Assembly: GCA_963693115.1 (NCBI GenBank)
Contig: OY843750.1
Coordinates: 60,306 to 124,305 of the forward strand
Length of the DNA: 64,000 nt
Reading direction: 5' to 3'
DNA from: Spirochaetia bacterium
GTDB taxonomy: Bacteria > Spirochaetota > Spirochaetia > WTKD01 > G963693115
Part shown: positions 1 through 10,510 of the stretch, piece after piece
How the letters are laid out: each line of letters begins with the position of its first letter
Numbering within the stretch: the first letter of the stretch is position 1
Notes under the pieces: model-generated
Told to the model about the DNA's origin: nothing
Databases searched by the model: none
What the model saw: only the letters and a program-made list of their open reading frames with translations
Position numbers and translations under genes: made by a program

Positions 1-915
1 TACAAAAGACTCAAGCATATCGCCGCAACTCAAGGCACCGCTCCAAGAATTACTCCTGTGCTCTTACCTATCGAGCAAAAAGCTCTAGTCGATGACCTGT
101 TTACACACTATCCCATAGAATATGTATTTCATACCGCAGCATATAAGCACGTAGACATGGTAGAAATAAACCCTAAAATGGGGGTGCTTGTAAACATCAT
201 TGGAACAAAACACCTCCTAGAATCTGCCTCTGATAATGGCACCTCTCAGTTCATCCACATCTCCACTGATAAAGTAGTAGAACCTAGTAATATTTACGGC
301 TACAGTAAGCTGGTAGCAGAATTACTTGTTAGAACACACCAATCTTCGCACATGAACACCGTTGTTACTCGTTTTGGCAACGTACTTGGATCAAGTGGGA
401 GCGTCATACCTATATTTGTACACCAAATTGCTCGTGGTGGCCCTATAACCATAACTGATCTCAGGTGCAAACGCTATTTTATGACCATTCCCGAGGCATG
501 TTCGCTCATTTTACATGCTTCTTATCTCGGATCTACCCATCGTACAAATAAGCTCTTTGTGCTTGAAATGGGTCAACAAATACCCATCATAGAGCTCGCC
601 CAACGCTTGTGCACCCTCTATGGCTTAGAATTGCATAAGGATATATCCGTACAAGAAATTGGATTGCGCGAAGGTGAAAAACTGGAAGAACGCTTGTTTT
701 TCTCCAACGAACACGAAAAAAAGAGTTCCATTGAATACATATGGGAAGTAACTCCAAAAACAAAACAGATGAATACTCCCAGTAAGCAACAAGAATCGGT
801 ACGTGCGAGTATAAAAGCATTATTATGCAGGCTAGAACAGCTACTTGACGAACGCCATTCCTCGCGCGACACATTTTATAAACTCTTTGAATCTTACCTA
901 CAAGAGGTATTATAG
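1..915 (+). CDS. Polysaccharide biosynthesis protein, CapD/PseB-like NAD-dependent sugar 4,6-dehydratase/epimerase (5'-truncated by window edge)
   Basis: The reading frame is open from position 1; the listed ORF begins at 58. It contains the short-chain dehydrogenase/epimerase motif HTAAYKHV (YxxxK) and IHISTDKVVEPSNIYGYSK, typical of CapD/FlaA1/PseB family enzymes. The stop overlaps the start of the next gene (taGTG). Confidence 0.7.
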   Translation, partial: YKRLKHIAATQGTAPRITPVLLPIEQKALVDDLFTHYPIEYVFHTAAYKHVDMVEINPKMGVLVNIIGTKHLLESASDNGTSQFIHISTDKVVEPSNIYGYSKLVAELLVRTHQSSHMNTVVTRFGNVLGSSGSVIPIFVHQIARGGPITITDLRCKRYFMTIPEACSLILHASYLGSTHRTNKLFVLEMGQQIPIIELAQRLCTLYGLELHKDISVQEIGLREGEKLEERLFFSNEHEKKSSIEYIWEVTPKTKQMNTPSKQQESVRASIKALLCRLEQLLDERHSSRDTFYKLFESYLQEVL

Positions 916-2093
916 TGCGTGTGCCTTTTTTTAGACCCTCGATAAACCAGGAAGAAGTACATGCCGTTGAAGCAGTATTACAATCAGGATGGTTAAGCTC
1001 CGGAAAAGTGGCATGCGATTTTGAAAAAGAAATGTGCACTATGTTGTGCCGAGAAAAAAAACATCCATTGTACACTATATCTGTACAGAGTGCAACGGCG
1101 GGACTTCATCTTTCTTTAGCATCTATGCAACTACCGAGACGCTCAGTAGTGCTTACTACTCCCTACACCTTTGTATCGACAGTAAACAGTATAATTTATG
1201 CCGACCTACAATTTAAACTGATAGATGTAGTGGCCGAAGGATACCTCATTGATCCTGATCGGTGCATAGCTGAAATTAATAAAAATACACAAGTAAAAGC
1301 CATTATGCCCGTACTCTTGGCTGGTGACAGCCTTGATTATACCGAGTTATATACGCACGCAAGAAAAAAAGGAATAAAAATAATAGAGGATGCAGCTCAC
1401 GCTTTTCCTGCACGCACCCCAAGCGGATACCTCGGTACTAGTGGAGATGCTGGAGTGTACTCATTTTACGGAAATAAAACTATCACTACAGGCGAGGGCG
1501 GAATGGTGGTGTGCCATGACAAAGAATTATACAAAAGAATCATGGTATTACGTCAAAATGGTTTTGAAATTTCACCCTATGAACGCAAAACCAACGAAAG
1601 ACCTTGGCATGAGATGTATAATGTCACGCACCTTGGCTACAAATACAATATGCCAGACATACTCGCAGCAATAGGGAGGGTACAGCTACAAAAGTCAGAA
1701 CGCATGCATTCCCAACGTGCACTTGTTGTACAACACTATACCTCTTTTTTACAAAATCTCCCCTATCTGTCTATCCCTCATATCGATAGCAAAAATTATA
1801 CCCAACATTCTTGGCATCTTTTCATCATTCAATTTATTGACTCTCGCCTTGATAGAGATACAATCATGGCACAACTCTACAAAAGAGGCATACAGTGTTC
1901 CGTCCACTACAAGCCCATACATTTACACAGCTACTACAAAACCCGTTACAAACTAAATAAAGACGATTATCCTAACGCAACAAAAAGCTATCAACGTAGC
2001 CTTTCATTACCTCTTTTTCCAGATATGACGGAAGAAGAGATACACTATGTGTGTACTACTCTTATAGAAATTTGCGAGGGCATGATGAGATGA
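915..2093 (+). CDS. DegT/DnrJ/EryC1/StrS family PLP-dependent sugar aminotransferase (PseC/ArnB-like)
   Basis: 392 aa. Family-typical motifs DAAHAF and SFYGNKTITTGEGGMV (PLP-lysine region). It begins with GTG, overlapping the upstream stop by 1 nt. It ends in ATGA, overlapping the next ORF. Confidence 0.85.
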   Translation: MRVPFFRPSINQEEVHAVEAVLQSGWLSSGKVACDFEKEMCTMLCREKKHPLYTISVQSATAGLHLSLASMQLPRRSVVLTTPYTFVSTVNSIIYADLQFKLIDVVAEGYLIDPDRCIAEINKNTQVKAIMPVLLAGDSLDYTELYTHARKKGIKIIEDAAHAFPARTPSGYLGTSGDAGVYSFYGNKTITTGEGGMVVCHDKELYKRIMVLRQNGFEISPYERKTNERPWHEMYNVTHLGYKYNMPDILAAIGRVQLQKSERMHSQRALVVQHYTSFLQNLPYLSIPHIDSKNYTQHSWHLFIIQFIDSRLDRDTIMAQLYKRGIQCSVHYKPIHLHSYYKTRYKLNKDDYPNATKSYQRSLSLPLFPDMTEEEIHYVCTTLIEICEGMMR

Positions 2094-3517
2094 TCCGTGC
2101 AACGTTGACGGCAATTCCTTTAATTCTTCCTTCTAAATACTATGCACGAATATCCCAATATGTAGAATCACAATACATCGACAGCTATCTTATATTGATA
2201 GATAATACTATGTTTTACGGTGGTACATCAAATACCTATAAGACGAATGTAACGGCTCGCCACCCATTGCATATTCCAAAATTCAACGCTGTACTGCTCT
2301 GCCCATACGTGTACGCTACCACACTATCTCACTATATTTATGCATATATACTCGGACTTGTTCAAAAGAAAAAAAATCTAAGATGGAATTTTCATGGACA
2401 AAACAGCATCGCAGTATCGGACATCTGCGTAGTCGAATCTACTTCTAGTTATGATGATGAGATTCAAGATGAAATTATATCACGGTTTGAAATACCTGTA
2501 CTCCTAAAAGCCTCTAATACAAATTTTTCTTTAGAAAATTTTACTTTTGCGTGGATTAATACACTAACAAGTTTACATATGAGTCGCTTTATCAGACGCC
2601 CCACATTATGTAAAACAAGGCATTGGCTTAGATCTTTGCTAGAATTTGAACTGGACAAGAAATTTTTTGAAATACTCCTAAAAGATGAGACCCGTCTCCC
2701 ACAACGATTCTTTTGTGTTGCCAAACCAAAATTAAAAACATTAGATCAAATACTCGATACCGCTACAACTGAGTACGAATATATTTCAAGACCATATACC
2801 GCACAGGCACACCTCTCCCTCGCACACCTTTATTCTGAGCAATTGCAACACTCCACTGTGTATGCCAATGCAAATATACTCGCACGACGCAAAGACAAAA
2901 CCCTGTTTCTTTTTTCACCATTCAAAATTGATCCACGCACCGAATTCCTTATTAGAGATTTTTTATACAGAGAAAAAGCACTGCATCTATTGTATCGTAG
3001 TGATTCTATCGCCTTTACCAGACTCAGCAAAAAAGAAAAAAGCAGAAAGCAAATAAGTCGAGACTTTAGAAACACCATACTATTTACTGCCCTCTCACAC
3101 ATACTTGACAACACGGATTTACGCGGTGAACAATCGATAAGAATTTCTGACGTACTTTTAGCTATCGAAAAAGCGAAAGTGAGTTGTACACTCACTATTG
3201 AAATTAGCACATTGGAGCGACGTTGCAAGATAGAGCGATGTGAAATATCAAGTGTCGGTATACGCCCCAGTTACGGAAGTGGTTATTCACTCGCTATGCT
3301 TACACAACAATTTTCAGAATGGATCAATAGTAACCGGCTTATTGACATATCACCATTTGCCCCCCATCCGCTTTTGGTTTACGACTATACAACGTATTCC
3401 ACTGTTAATGTATATGGCGATAATCTTCAGCTACTCTCCGGATTGCTAGAACGATCCTTACAAGGACTATTCCTCAGAATAGTGGGAGGTATCCATGCTG
3501 ATAAACCTAACCCTTGA
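2090..3517 (+). CDS. Uncharacterized protein (about 475 aa), no recognisable domain
   Basis: Long ORF; the ATG at 2090 forms an ATGA overlap with the degT-like stop. There is no TM segment and no motif I can assign. It is translationally coupled to the flanking genes. Confidence 0.55.
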   Translation: MIRATLTAIPLILPSKYYARISQYVESQYIDSYLILIDNTMFYGGTSNTYKTNVTARHPLHIPKFNAVLLCPYVYATTLSHYIYAYILGLVQKKKNLRWNFHGQNSIAVSDICVVESTSSYDDEIQDEIISRFEIPVLLKASNTNFSLENFTFAWINTLTSLHMSRFIRRPTLCKTRHWLRSLLEFELDKKFFEILLKDETRLPQRFFCVAKPKLKTLDQILDTATTEYEYISRPYTAQAHLSLAHLYSEQLQHSTVYANANILARRKDKTLFLFSPFKIDPRTEFLIRDFLYREKALHLLYRSDSIAFTRLSKKEKSRKQISRDFRNTILFTALSHILDNTDLRGEQSIRISDVLLAIEKAKVSCTLTIEISTLERRCKIERCEISSVGIRPSYGSGYSLAMLTQQFSEWINSNRLIDISPFAPHPLLVYDYTTYSTVNVYGDNLQLLSGLLERSLQGLFLRIVGGIHADKPNP

Positions 3518-3956
3518 TGCTATTAGGTACAAAATTCCTATTAGTGGTTTATATACGCTCGCCGAAGCATTTCTGTTTCATTTTTCAGGACAAGAGTTTC
3601 GAACACTATTTACTTACGAACAAAATCCAGTACTGTTTTTTGCCAATTCAAACGCCTGTCTTGATGCAGCCATGCTTTGGGCACATCATGCCGAGGGACT
3701 TGAACTTGAGAGTTACGAATATGCCCTTACTCAGTGGGAAGATAGTAAGAAAATTGCTGAAATTATAGAAAGAGAATGCGTTTTTTGTGAATATGTTGAG
3801 AAAACACTCATGTTTTTTCTTTATAAGCAATACAAACACGAACTTCCTCCCTTTTCCGAAATACTCACCTTGAGTAAAAATTATCCAACAACTATAAACA
3901 ATCCTCATCATATGTACGCGGTACTCAAACTTTTGAACAAGGAACTTGTCCAGTGA
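3495..3956 (+). CDS. Uncharacterized protein (153 aa)
   Basis: ORF overlapping the upstream gene by 23 nt and the downstream gene by 4 nt (GTGA). No recognisable motif. Confidence 0.5.
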   Translation: MLINLTLDAIRYKIPISGLYTLAEAFLFHFSGQEFRTLFTYEQNPVLFFANSNACLDAAMLWAHHAEGLELESYEYALTQWEDSKKIAEIIERECVFCEYVEKTLMFFLYKQYKHELPPFSEILTLSKNYPTTINNPHHMYAVLKLLNKELVQ

Positions 3957-4753
3957 TATTTCTTGCAAAATCAGATAGAGACATACGTCATTGCCTTACA
4001 AAGGGATGGACTTGTAAAGAATTTACTAAAATTCAACAACCTCTTATCAATGAACGAGTACGGGACAATACTCGACAATTTATACTTAAACATAAGAACA
4101 ACGCTATAGCTCGTGTATTTAATAATACCGTGCACTACTCGGTTATGGGGCATGTAGGAACCTTTGTTGAGACGCTTCCTAGTGAAGTACAACCCAATAC
4201 GATGAAGCAGATAATTCAACTTGATTATGCCTATGCCTTACTACGACTTGTACCGCTCTATACTATTTTGTTCCGCATGCAGCATAGCTATTTTGCTATG
4301 CTATTACAAACCCTAGGAGCAGAATTTTCAGTATGTACAAGGGACACAAGAGTTCATCTCTCTGCCGAAGACATGTATACCAAATACTACCAAGAAATAG
4401 GTAATACACTCATACCGCGCGACATAATCCTTCGTACAACTGGAAATCTTGAAGTTTCTACATCGCACGGATATGTACAATACGAAGATCAAGAGATACG
4501 AGGCATCAGTATTGTGCAAAAAGATGAGAAAGGTATAATACTAAAAAGTAAGTATATTATTAACCATAGCCAATACCCTCAATCCCTTTTTTTTGAATCA
4601 ACATGGGCACGGGGAATGCAACACCCTCTTACTAAAAGACAGGCTCTCACTTTTTTGGATACAATCAAAAAGCAATACAAAATAGTTGACGTAGACATGC
4701 TCAATATTTTGGTTCATCTTACCCTACAATCACATTATTCAAAAGTAATCTAA
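3953..4753 (+). CDS. Uncharacterized protein (266 aa)
   Basis: ORF with a GTG start overlapping the upstream stop; its own stop overlaps the dnaE ATG by 1 nt (taATG). No recognisable motif. Confidence 0.5.
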   Translation: MIFLAKSDRDIRHCLTKGWTCKEFTKIQQPLINERVRDNTRQFILKHKNNAIARVFNNTVHYSVMGHVGTFVETLPSEVQPNTMKQIIQLDYAYALLRLVPLYTILFRMQHSYFAMLLQTLGAEFSVCTRDTRVHLSAEDMYTKYYQEIGNTLIPRDIILRTTGNLEVSTSHGYVQYEDQEIRGISIVQKDEKGIILKSKYIINHSQYPQSLFFESTWARGMQHPLTKRQALTFLDTIKKQYKIVDVDMLNILVHLTLQSHYSKVI

Positions 4754-7700
4754 TGTTCTATCACCTACATGTACACAGTGACTACAGCCTCCAGCGAAGT
4801 ATAGCAAAAATCCCCGAGCTAGTACAAAAGGCAGTGCGAATGGAACAGGATGCCCTTGCGCTGACCGACATGGGAAACTTATTTGGCGCGATGGAATTTG
4901 TGAATGTATGTAAGACTGCAGGAATCAAGGCTATCATTGGACTAGAACTATTTCTTACTCGCACAGGTCTTACCACAAAAAATATTCACCCCTTTGACGA
5001 ACATGAATCGCTCATCATCCTCGCAAAAAGTGATGAGGGGTATAAAAACCTACGAATATTAGCATCCGAAGGATATACGCAGGGCTTTTACTACGAGCCA
5101 CGTATAAATCCCGAACTTCTTAAAGAGTATTCAAGCGACCTCGTTTGCATCATTCCTCAAAATTCAAACATGTTGGCACGATATTTAGAACAAGAACAGG
5201 ATGATCATGCGCACACCCTATTTGAAGAATACAGAGATTGTTTTCGTGATGAACTCTATATAGAGCTACAAAACCACGGACTATACCAAGAAAACGAACT
5301 CAATAAAAAACTTGCTTCTTTTGCAAAACAAAAGGGATGTCCTGTAGTCGCAGGAAACAGCGCTTATTTTTTGGAGCGTGAAGACTATATGGCGTATGAG
5401 ACCTATCGTTCTAGTAGCCAAAAACGAAGTCAAGATCTTATTAACGAAAATTATTTTTTTTGTGACCAAGATCACATGTATTCTATGCTCTCAGAGTATC
5501 CAGAAGCAATCACAAACACGGTAGATGTTGTAACACGTTGTAACTATCACCATCACTATATTGGTCCACAGCTCCCATTTTTTACTATTCCTGACTCTTT
5601 TGAAAACCAAAATACATACCTGCGACATATCAGCAAAAAAAGATTTGAGATCCTGTATCCACAGGCTACAAAAGAAATACACGATAGACTTGAGTACGAA
5701 TTGTCAGTGATTGAATCCATGAATTATAGTGGCTATATGTTAATAGTCTGGGACATTATAGAATTTGCACGATCGCAGGACATTCCCATAGGACTAGGAA
5801 GAGGTTCCGCAGCAGGATCTCTGGTTGCCTACTGTCTTGGCATCACAGGCATAGACCCCATCCGCTACGGTTTAATATTTGAGCGTTTTCTCAATCCAGA
5901 ACGCATATCTATGCCCGATATAGATACCGATTTTTGCTTTGACAGACGCCAATCAATTATAGAATATATACGAGAAAAGTACCACGACTCACACGTAGGA
6001 CAGATTATCACGTTCTCAATACTCAAACCAAGAGGAGCGCTTAGAGATGTGGGAAGAGCCCTCAATATTCCAATGGAAACCATAAATGAGATATCAAAAA
6101 TACTCCCTGAAACAGCCAAGAATATAGAGGAAGCATTCGCAGTAGAACCCCTTCTACAAAAGTATCAAGGTGAAGAGTACGAAGAATTGTTTTTTCTTAC
6201 CGACAGACTACTTGGCACACACAGACATGCATCCTTGCACGCTGCAGGAGTTGTCATCGGGGTTAAGCCACTCATAGAATTTGTACCGCTTTACAAGGAT
6301 CCTAAGTCAGGATTGATAGCTACGCAGTATTCCATGAATTACTTAGAAGAATGCGGGCTGGTAAAAATGGACATACTGGGCTTGCGAACGGTAACCATTA
6401 TAGATAAGACCCAAAAATGTATCCAATCACAGTCACCCGAGTTTACCATAGATGATGTCTCCCAAGATGATTCAGAAACTTTTAAAATGCTTAGTAATGG
6501 CCACAGTGAGTCGGTATTTCAGTTTGAAAGCCCCGGAATGAAAAAGGCCCTGAAAAAAGTCAAGCCAAGTCGCATAGAACATCTCACCGCCCTCAATGCA
6601 CTCTATCGCCCCGGTCCAATGGAACATATCGATACCTATGCAGATGTAAAAAACGGCAAGCGTAAGGCACATTACCTCATGCCCGAACTAAAAGAGATAC
6701 TCGAAGATACCTACGGTATCATCGTATACCAAGAGCAGGTACTCATGATTGCACAAAAGATTGCAAACTATAGCCTAGGATCTGCTGACTTGCTCCGTAG
6801 TGCAATGGGAAAAAAGAAACAAAAGGAGATGCAGGAACAATTAGAGCATTTTATTAGTGGAGCAACTGCCTTGGGTCATAGCGAAAAAGAAGCACGTGAC
6901 ATTTTTAGCCTTCTTATTCCTTTTGCCGGTTATGGATTTAATAAATCTCATGCTACAGCCTATGCCTTGCTCGCATATAGAACCGCCTACCTCAAATTGC
7001 ACCATACAAGCGCGTATTATGCTTCGCTTTTCAACTGCATCAGTGGCCACCCCGACACCCTAGCAGAACAACTCATTGCAGCAAAAAACTTTGGGCTTCG
7101 TGTACTGCCTCCTGATATAAATCGTAGCGATTACGAGTTTACCACCCATGAAGGAGCAGTCCGCTTTGGACTCAAGGCTATAAAAACAATACCAGAAAAC
7201 ATGAAACGGTTTATTCCACTAGAAAGAAAAAAGAACGGGGACTATACCTCAGTCTACGACTTCATGGAACGACTCCCAGAACGTAGATACCTTGGAACCA
7301 TCTACGAGACTGCGGTCTACTCCGGTTTATTTGACTATTTTGGTGATACGAGAGAATACCTTATTAAGCATAAGAATACCATCGTAGCAAAAGGACTCGC
7401 CATGCAACAAGCACGACTCGATAACCAAACCCTGCTTTTTTCTGATCAAGACGAAATAGACAACAACAACAAGAATGAAAATTCCCAGAATGAAACCAGT
7501 AATAACACCAATAATGAAACCAATAACAAAGAACATATTGACACCAAGCCCCCCAATAGTACAGACGATGATACGATGGACAATAAAACGCAGCACTATG
7601 AGCTCTCTTTAAGTATGCTTGAATACGAACGCGAATTCTTGGGTACGTACGTCTCAGGACACCCACTGAAACACTATCAATCTCTAATCAATACCTCGTG

Positions 7701-8298
7701 TACAACTACGATTAAGCAGATAGAAGAAGGCAAAATAGCAAAAAAAGATAGTCGCAAGAAACAATACCTTATCGCCTATGTTGATAAGGTTCGTAGCAAG
7801 ATTGGAAAAAATGCTCAAAAACGTTTTTTTGGTCGTATGCAAGATGAAACAGGTATGCTGGAGTTTAGCCACACCTATCGATCTGAAGAAGAACTTATTC
7901 CGAAAGAGCGTACCGTATACGGTTTTATTGGCAAATGCGGATCTTTTAACGAAAACGCTGTCTTTTTTACTGACAAAATAGTCCTTCCAGAAACATTAGA
8001 ATCACACTATCATAATGACCTCAATAGCCCACCACTCCTCTCAAGCCTACCCGCTAAAGAAATTACCATTATTCTCAGTAATCTTGAAAGAAACAATAGC
8101 ACAGCGCAGTTTAAAGCTGAACAAAAAAGATTAAAAGAATTTCTACTCGAAACCGCGGGAATACAAACACGAGTCTACTTGATATTGCACGATACACGAA
8201 TTGTACTCCCCCCTCCATACGCTATAGACGCAAGAGTAGAAACGGTAGACACACTCAAAAAAATGCCCGCTGTTAAGGATGTGCTCGTGGTCAACTAA
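4753..8298 (+). CDS. dnaE: DNA polymerase III alpha subunit
   Basis: 1181 aa. N-terminal PHP domain signature MFYHLHVHSDYSLQ. Polymerase core motifs (PDIDTDF, GLVKMDILGL, QFES). C-terminal OB-fold region. Carries an Asn/Thr-rich low-complexity insertion (about nt 7444-7600). Confidence 0.93.
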   Translation: MFYHLHVHSDYSLQRSIAKIPELVQKAVRMEQDALALTDMGNLFGAMEFVNVCKTAGIKAIIGLELFLTRTGLTTKNIHPFDEHESLIILAKSDEGYKNLRILASEGYTQGFYYEPRINPELLKEYSSDLVCIIPQNSNMLARYLEQEQDDHAHTLFEEYRDCFRDELYIELQNHGLYQENELNKKLASFAKQKGCPVVAGNSAYFLEREDYMAYETYRSSSQKRSQDLINENYFFCDQDHMYSMLSEYPEAITNTVDVVTRCNYHHHYIGPQLPFFTIPDSFENQNTYLRHISKKRFEILYPQATKEIHDRLEYELSVIESMNYSGYMLIVWDIIEFARSQDIPIGLGRGSAAGSLVAYCLGITGIDPIRYGLIFERFLNPERISMPDIDTDFCFDRRQSIIEYIREKYHDSHVGQIITFSILKPRGALRDVGRALNIPMETINEISKILPETAKNIEEAFAVEPLLQKYQGEEYEELFFLTDRLLGTHRHASLHAAGVVIGVKPLIEFVPLYKDPKSGLIATQYSMNYLEECGLVKMDILGLRTVTIIDKTQKCIQSQSPEFTIDDVSQDDSETFKMLSNGHSESVFQFESPGMKKALKKVKPSRIEHLTALNALYRPGPMEHIDTYADVKNGKRKAHYLMPELKEILEDTYGIIVYQEQVLMIAQKIANYSLGSADLLRSAMGKKKQKEMQEQLEHFISGATALGHSEKEARDIFSLLIPFAGYGFNKSHATAYALLAYRTAYLKLHHTSAYYASLFNCISGHPDTLAEQLIAAKNFGLRVLPPDINRSDYEFTTHEGAVRFGLKAIKTIPENMKRFIPLERKKNGDYTSVYDFMERLPERRYLGTIYETAVYSGLFDYFGDTREYLIKHKNTIVAKGLAMQQARLDNQTLLFSDQDEIDNNNKNENSQNETSNNTNNETNNKEHIDTKPPNSTDDDTMDNKTQHYELSLSMLEYEREFLGTYVSGHPLKHYQSLINTSCTTTIKQIEEGKIAKKDSRKKQYLIAYVDKVRSKIGKNAQKRFFGRMQDETGMLEFSHTYRSEEELIPKERTVYGFIGKCGSFNENAVFFTDKIVLPETLESHYHNDLNSPPLLSSLPAKEITIILSNLERNNSTAQFKAEQKRLKEFLLETAGIQTRVYLILHDTRIVLPPPYAIDARVETVDTLKKMPAVKDVLVVN

Positions 8299-8299
8299 G

Positions 8300-10423
8300 A
8301 TGAACATACTAGCAGACCTTGACTTTGATATACATCGCCTCCTACATAAAACCCCAACCAAAAAACAGTCAACGCATAAACAGGGAGCGTACAAAAAAAA
8401 TAAAATCAGTGCACGGGTCCTCGAAAAACTCAGAGTAGCAGGCGCATCAATGGCAAGCCATGTTCTGCTACATCTTCCCGCAAAATATGAACAACGTGAC
8501 TCCTTTTACTGTATCCATGAGGCTTATGAGCGTGCAGAAAAATCCCTCATTAAAGTACAGGTTCAGCAACAGTTCTTTATTAACACCCGTCAAGGAAAGG
8601 TTCTGTGCGTCAAGGTGCAACACAAGGATCAGTTCATGCGATTATACTGTTTTGGACGTAACTATCTTTCCAAAAAGCTCTTGGTAGGAAGCACTCAAAT
8701 ACTATACGCACGGGTATACTACAAGGATCGGCTGTATTACTGTAGTGATTTTGACATTCTGAATGAAAACGAACGTATACTCGGTCTCTTTTCCCGAGCA
8801 CGACGCCTAGGCGAACTACGCCCACACCAACAACAAGGGCTACTTCTTGAAGTTTTGGATTTTGCGAGAGAATACGCACATACTCTCTACGCATCAACAA
8901 ACAATGAGGCGTATTTTTTTTTTAATGCCGACGCCAGCCACTTTCCTACCCGCATTCGTGCCCTCGCAGAGCTACACAATCCTTTAAACCAAGAAAGGCT
9001 TGAGGAGGCACGGAGGACTATTGCCTATACCGAGCTATTACTCTTTCTTCTTGCATTGGGACAAGAACAAGCGCAAAACAAAGATCGCCTGAGACTTGCT
9101 ACAGGAATACCTCGAAAACTCATTCAAAAACTCGAATCACAACTCCCATTTTCACTCTTGCCCGAACAGTACAGCGCACTCGACGATATTCTGCACGACT
9201 TTGAAAAAAAACAACCAATGCGTCGCCTTCTTCAGGGCGATGTGGGTTCGGGAAAAACAATCGTAGCCTTACTCAGTGCTCTATCGTATATTGAACAGAA
9301 AAAACAAGTTGTGCTCTTTGCACCAACAGAGACACTCGCACGACAGCACTATAACACGATTCGCACATTTTGTGCCGACTTGGCTATACCAATCTTATTG
9401 ATAACAGGAAGCATGAAGCGCAAAGAGCGCGAACTCGCCTATACACGTATTGAAAATAATGAGGCACTCCTGATAATAGGGACACATGCCCTCTTTAGTA
9501 AAGACGTCGTCTACTCGTCTTTGACCTATGTCATTATTGACGAACAACATCGCCTCGGCATAGGACAGCGAGCTAGCCTTGTACAGAAAGGAAAAAATCC
9601 CGATGTGCTACTAATGTCTGCAACACCGATTCCTCGTAGTCTTGCTCTTACTCTATACAATAATCTTGATATAAGCACTCTCAAAAAAAAGCCTGCACAA
9701 ACATCACGAGTACAAACAAGGCTCATTGATATCACTAAGCGCACTCATACCTATGCTTATATTAGCTCCTTGGTAGCGCGCGGACAACAAATATACATGG
9801 TAGTACCACATATAGACAGTGCAGAACAAGAATTACTCGGACTACAAGATATGTACCAAGAAATATCGCAAGAGTTTGCACCACATCGTGTCGACTTACT
9901 GCATTCTCGTATAGAAAGTAGCGAGCAACAACATATTATGCAAAATTTTGTTGAGGGAAAGATCTCAATTTTACTCTCTACGAGCATCATTGAAGTAGGT
10001 ATAGACGTGATGAATGCAAGTTGTATTTGTATCTTTGAAGCACAGCGTTTTGGCCTTGCGACCTTACATCAACTCAGGGGTCGCGTTGGTCGTGGTACTA
10101 TACAAGGAAGTGCACTCTTGTTTTTTAGAACACCACTCACCGAGACTGCTAGAGAACGTCTACGAATCATGTATACAAGTGATGATGGCTTTGAAATAGC
10201 TGAACAAGATCTTAAATTACGCGGACCCGGCGATATACATGTGCTCGGTATTCGACAGTCAGGTCTATACTCGTTCTTATGCGCCAATATCTCCGAAGAT
10301 TTAGACTTGATATATAAGGCGCGAACACTGGCACACGATATACTTATACGTGACCCAAAACTTGAGATGGCACAACATGCCCCACTCAGACAGTGTCTTA
10401 GTGGAAATATGGGAATCATATAA
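8300..10423 (+). CDS. recG: ATP-dependent DNA helicase RecG
   Basis: Walker A GDVGSGKT, DEQH box (IIDEQHRLG), helicase C-terminal motifs (QLRGRVGRG). The listed ORF starts at 8279; ATG 8300 (MNILADL) is the likely start, immediately after the dnaE stop. Confidence 0.88.
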   Translation: MNILADLDFDIHRLLHKTPTKKQSTHKQGAYKKNKISARVLEKLRVAGASMASHVLLHLPAKYEQRDSFYCIHEAYERAEKSLIKVQVQQQFFINTRQGKVLCVKVQHKDQFMRLYCFGRNYLSKKLLVGSTQILYARVYYKDRLYYCSDFDILNENERILGLFSRARRLGELRPHQQQGLLLEVLDFAREYAHTLYASTNNEAYFFFNADASHFPTRIRALAELHNPLNQERLEEARRTIAYTELLLFLLALGQEQAQNKDRLRLATGIPRKLIQKLESQLPFSLLPEQYSALDDILHDFEKKQPMRRLLQGDVGSGKTIVALLSALSYIEQKKQVVLFAPTETLARQHYNTIRTFCADLAIPILLITGSMKRKERELAYTRIENNEALLIIGTHALFSKDVVYSSLTYVIIDEQHRLGIGQRASLVQKGKNPDVLLMSATPIPRSLALTLYNNLDISTLKKKPAQTSRVQTRLIDITKRTHTYAYISSLVARGQQIYMVVPHIDSAEQELLGLQDMYQEISQEFAPHRVDLLHSRIESSEQQHIMQNFVEGKISILLSTSIIEVGIDVMNASCICIFEAQRFGLATLHQLRGRVGRGTIQGSALLFFRTPLTETARERLRIMYTSDDGFEIAEQDLKLRGPGDIHVLGIRQSGLYSFLCANISEDLDLIYKARTLAHDILIRDPKLEMAQHAPLRQCLSGNMGII

Positions 10424-10510
10424 TGACACCACTTAGTCATTGAACGTTGGGGGCATCATACCACATGCGTACACAATGCCAAATACGTACACAAATAAAA
10501 TATATATAAA

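Noticed and set aside
587-1075. Minus-strand ORFs nested inside the capD-like and degT-like genes (587-1075, 618-872)
   Set aside because: Entirely embedded antisense to well-supported coding sequence; no RBS. Typical spurious ORFs.
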